The notes beneath the pieces are model-generated. The model worked only from the letters and a program-made list of their open reading frames with translations, did no database searches and was not told where the DNA came from. This document shows, in pieces, positions 61,066 through 64,000 of a stretch of 64,000 nt of DNA. Position numbers and translations under genes: made by a program. Source of the stretch: the human T2T-CHM13v2.0 reference genome, Homo sapiens; assembly GCF_009914755.1 (NCBI RefSeq), contig NC_060930.1; one strand, given 5' to 3'. How positions within the stretch are numbered: position 1 is the first letter of the stretch; each line of letters opens with the position of its first letter.

Positions 61066-61986
61066 AAGAATTGTTTAATCACTTTATATTATAGATATGA
61101 CCATTAAGATAATGCACTTTTATTTTCTATATGTAGAAATGCACTTTTATTTTCTATATGTGGAAGTCTATCGGTTAGGGTTCTCTGGCTGCAAATCAAC
61201 TCAACTCTGGCAAGCCTTAAGCAAAAAAGAAAGAATTTTTAAGAAGGTCCACAATCAGGGCTACAGGCGTCTAGGTTCTAAGAATTAATGGACAGTTGTC
61301 TTTTCAGCTTTTGTAAAGATCTGGCTTTACCTATTACTGTTCCTGTATGGTTTCACTCACGATTCAAATACTCGGGAAGACACTACTGATCTTGGAAGGG
61401 GAAAGTTTCTTCAAACAAGTAGAGAGGGATATTGGATGTGTAAAACATGTCCCTACTTTATATTTTTATCCCATGGCTGGTTTATGCTAAGAAAAATGTG
61501 ACACTACTTTAAGTCGAAAATTAGCTATCTGGGAGCTAATTCACTTAAATTGGAACTGCAAGGCTGAATCTTTTCTAGGACTAAGAAGGTAAGCCATAGT
61601 TGCTAATATGAAACAATTTTCACTCTAACTAGAGAAGCTTCAGTTGTGCTAACTTGGTAAATAGACCGTCACTGGTATTCAAAAGCCTACTATTAGCAAC
61701 ATTTAGAATAAATTATAGCAGACCTGAATGGAAATGCTGGCTGATGGGAATGGCCGTACTGATCAAACACATCACATCCTACTCTTGTTTCCTAAGCCAT
61801 GCTCATGTTATCTAATGAAGCCACACAAAAATATGAAGATAGATACATGAAGGAAACCATAAGAAACTCCATTTCAAATTATGGTTGAATTAATGGACTA
61901 CATTTTACAAAAAGATCCTAATTCAACGTCTTTACAAGTAATTCCTTCCTATTAAAATGTATTTAGTTCCTGAATTCACACAATAA

Positions 61987-62357
<371 letters not shown>

Positions 62358-62703
62358 TGTATATATTAACTCAAAGGGAAGCACGAGGTCTATTGTCTCT
62401 AGGAGTAGCTGTCAGCTATATTGACAGAACGATGCTTATTTTTGATCTCCCTATGTTTACTCCAAACTAGCCACAATTACAAGAAAATTGATAATATTTT
62501 CCCCTCACCAATTCTTTTATTTCATGAAAACATTAAATCATTTCAGTTATAAGAATAGTTTCTGGAAGAATGACATGGTAAGAAACTTCAAGCCAAAGTT
62601 TAAACTCAAATCCTTTAGCCCCATTAGACCACAATGCTTTGGGTTTAAAAAACTCAATGTCTATTTAAATACCTACTGACCATGAGAGAATTCAGATAAC
62701 TCA

Positions 62704-63084
<381 letters not shown>

Positions 63085-63089
63085 TTAAA

Positions 63090-63095
63090 TTTATT
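63090..63095 (-). terminator. RARS2: Poly(A) signal AATAAA for RARS2
   Basis: tttatt on +, ~70 nt past the RARS2 stop. Confidence 0.65.
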
Positions 63096-63166
63096 CTGAA
63101 CAGCAAGGCATCTCAGAATAGATAACTAGAATTCACTTGACATTTTAAAAGCCATTTTAATGGAAA

Positions 63167-63253
63167 TTACATCCTACATACAGGTGTTATTCCAAGAAGT
63201 TTCATTCCATTGGCTAGGACAGAACGGACAGCTTTGAAAAGATGAAGTCTGGC
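63167..63253 (-). CDS. RARS2: Mitochondrial arginyl-tRNA synthetase, last coding exon
   Basis: tttgtag|GCC...; ARLHLFKAVRSVLANGMKLLGITPVCRM* (ArgRS C-terminal LLGI..RM motif). Confidence 0.95.
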   Translation of the reverse strand, partial: ARLHLFKAVRSVLANGMKLLGITPVCRM

Positions 63254-63677
63254 CTACAAAATAAATCAAAGAATGATTTAAAATATTCAGTAACAGGAAT
63301 GTATTCAATACATGAGAATGGTTTTAAAGGTTATTCTTTCTAGTTTAAAGCAGGAACAATATGTCAAAGTGCCCTAGAGTTACTATAGGCAAGAGAAGAT
63401 AAATTCCTGGCATCCCTTACAGTAAAACCTGTACATAAAGTGTCATGGAGTGGGAGTGATAGTATTATACAGTATGGCTTCAGATAAGGGGAACTTATCA
63501 CTATAATATTTCATGTAGGAAAATGTGCTTCATAGTCTAGTATGTTGGGAAGTATATACACATTGATTGTTACAGCCTAATTATTAGCTAAGGAAGTATA
63601 CTGCTACAGTTGAACAACAGAATGCTATTTTAGAAAAATTTACAAGACTGACTTAGTAATATTAGTCTCAGGAGCTA

Positions 63678-63794
<117 letters not shown>

Positions 63795-64000
63795 TCACGA
63801 TAGTACCAGCAGTAATTTCCTGTTGTAAGATATGAGCTTGATATCTAATCTTACTCCTTCAACTTAATAAAGCCCAGAACCATTAAAGGATGTATTCAAA
63901 ATTGTGAAGTTGAAACTGGAATTCAAAACTCAAGCTTTAGATCTTGGCCCTATTCTACTACTAAGAGGTGGGCAATTCTTAAGATTATGATTTCGCAGGG

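Overview
This is human/great-ape genomic DNA, the CFAP206-SLC35A1-RARS2 locus. On the + strand are the last two coding exons of CFAP206, then the complete 8-exon SLC35A1 gene (Golgi CMP-sialic acid transporter; 1014-nt CDS, 337 aa, all GT-AG junctions resolved) starting from a CpG-island promoter at about 21.4-22.3 kb. On the - strand are the last two coding exons of RARS2, convergent with SLC35A1. The rest is repeat-rich: a decayed near-full-length L1MA-type LINE (1-7730), about 30 Alus, MaLR LTRs, DNA-transposon relics, a U6 retrocopy, and an antisense internally deleted LTR10/HERV-IP10-type provirus in SLC35A1 intron 2. I cannot demonstrate a wholly new system from sequence alone. The best leads are (i) the two proviral LTRs carry 1 versus 4 copies of a ~28-bp AP-1 VNTR unit, (ii) a spliced 92-codon upstream-overlapping ORF across SLC35A1 exons 1-2, and (iii) a residual 219-codon env TM reading frame downstream of a motif-rich antisense 5' LTR. 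Repeat boundaries are approximate and subfamily names are recognised by eye.
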